In this document: piece by piece, positions 63,426 to 64,000 of the stretch
Layout of the letters: each line of letters begins with the position of its first letter
Position numbering within the stretch: the stretch's first letter is position 1
From: Balamuthia mandrillaris
Lineage: Eukaryota
NCBI GenBank assembly: GCA_031835245.2
Contig: JAVKOQ020000110.1
Coordinates: 62,001 to 126,000, forward strand
Length of the DNA stretch: 64,000 nucleotides
Reading direction: 5' to 3'
Notes under the pieces: model-generated
Database searches by the model: none
What the model saw: the letters and a program-made list of their open reading frames with translations, nothing else
Told to the model about the DNA's origin: nothing
Position numbers and translations under genes: made by a program

Positions 63426-63692
63426 TTAAACATCAACATTCTCTGCTGACGGGGAGGAGGAAGGAATCGTTTGCAGCTCCAGATCCAACGCATCTTCCCT
63501 GCTGGGTTTGTTTAATTCCTTGTAGCGCGTCTCCCTTTTCTTCTTCCGGTTCAAAAAGAAGCCAAAAAAGAACGGGGCGATGAACGTGTTGAGCAGCAGC
63601 GCCCAAATGGTCACGGAGAAGGTCAGCTCTCCCATGATACCTTTCTCCAATGCTTCCGTTGCCATCAAGAAGCCCAACTCACCTCTTCCCAT
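63426..63692 (-). CDS. Last exon of a cation/H+ antiporter (CPA2/KefB-like); the gene runs off the window
   Basis: MGRGELGFLMA...GIM...FSVTIWALLLNTFIAPFF matches the PRGE motif and final TM of CPA2 antiporters. Confidence 0.75.
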   Translation of the reverse strand: MGRGELGFLMATEALEKGIMGELTFSVTIWALLLNTFIAPFFFGFFLNRKKKRETRYKELNKPSREDALDLELQTIPSSSPSAENVDV

Positions 63693-63747
63693 CTTTTTTT
63701 TTTTTTTTGTTATTTTGCTTAGTTTTAACGAAAGAAAAAGGAGTAAA

Positions 63748-64000
63748 GGAGAAGGAGAAGGAGAGGGAGAAGGAGAAGGAGAAGGAGAAGGAGAAGGAGA
63801 AGGAGAAGGAGAAGGAGAAGGAGAAGGAGAAGGAGAAGGAAAAGGAGAAGAGAAGGAGAAGGAGAAGGAGAAGGAGAAGGAGAAGGAGAAGGAGAAGAGA
63901 AGGAGAAGGAGAAGGAGAAGGAGAAGGAGAAGGAGAAGGAGAAGGAGAAGGAGAAGGAGAAGGAGAAGGAGAAGGAGAAGGAGAAGGAGAAGGAGAAGGA
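63748..64000. repeat. (GGAGAA)n microsatellite in the antiporter intron, running to the window end
   Basis: Directly visible. Confidence 0.98.

Noticed and set aside
63748..64000. (GGAGAA)n at the window end as a telomere
   Set aside because: It lies in an intron of the antiporter gene and matches the pyrimidine-on-sense-strand intronic microsatellite pattern.

Overview
Gene-dense eukaryotic nuclear DNA with short spliceosomal introns full of microsatellites. The gene content looks amoebozoan or protist-like; this is inference, and the species cannot be proven from the window. About 30 protein-coding loci were reconstructed by hand across exons. Housekeeping and signalling genes: ARID chromatin subunit, ALKBH7, AGC kinase, divergent Sar1 and Ras GTPases, SLC25A32-like carrier, PTPA, JmjC, CCCH zinc finger, Tweety-like membrane protein, TKL kinase, partial cation/H+ antiporter. 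There are two tandem gene pairs (fucosyltransferase-like; Cys-rich secreted). The 40-59 kb stretch is rich in cullin-RING-type substrate adaptors: three F-box/GCPW-ankyrin copies in different states of decay, a BTB protein, two other F-box proteins and a SOCS-box-like protein. Best leads: (1) a SOCS-box-like motif fused to an apparent NuiA nuclease-inhibitor domain split by a huge acidic tract; (2) an RBR ligase bracketed by two KHA-like domains; (3) a GAT1_2.1/C26 glutamine amidotransferase fused to glutaminase-type ankyrins; (4) a TKL kinase joined through a GC-AG intron to two ABM-like domains; (5) precise lesions such as a 13-bp duplication in APP1, plus a gene-conversion tract. No rRNA, tRNA, CRISPR or intact transposon was recognised. 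All domain calls come from motif recognition by eye, not from database searches.
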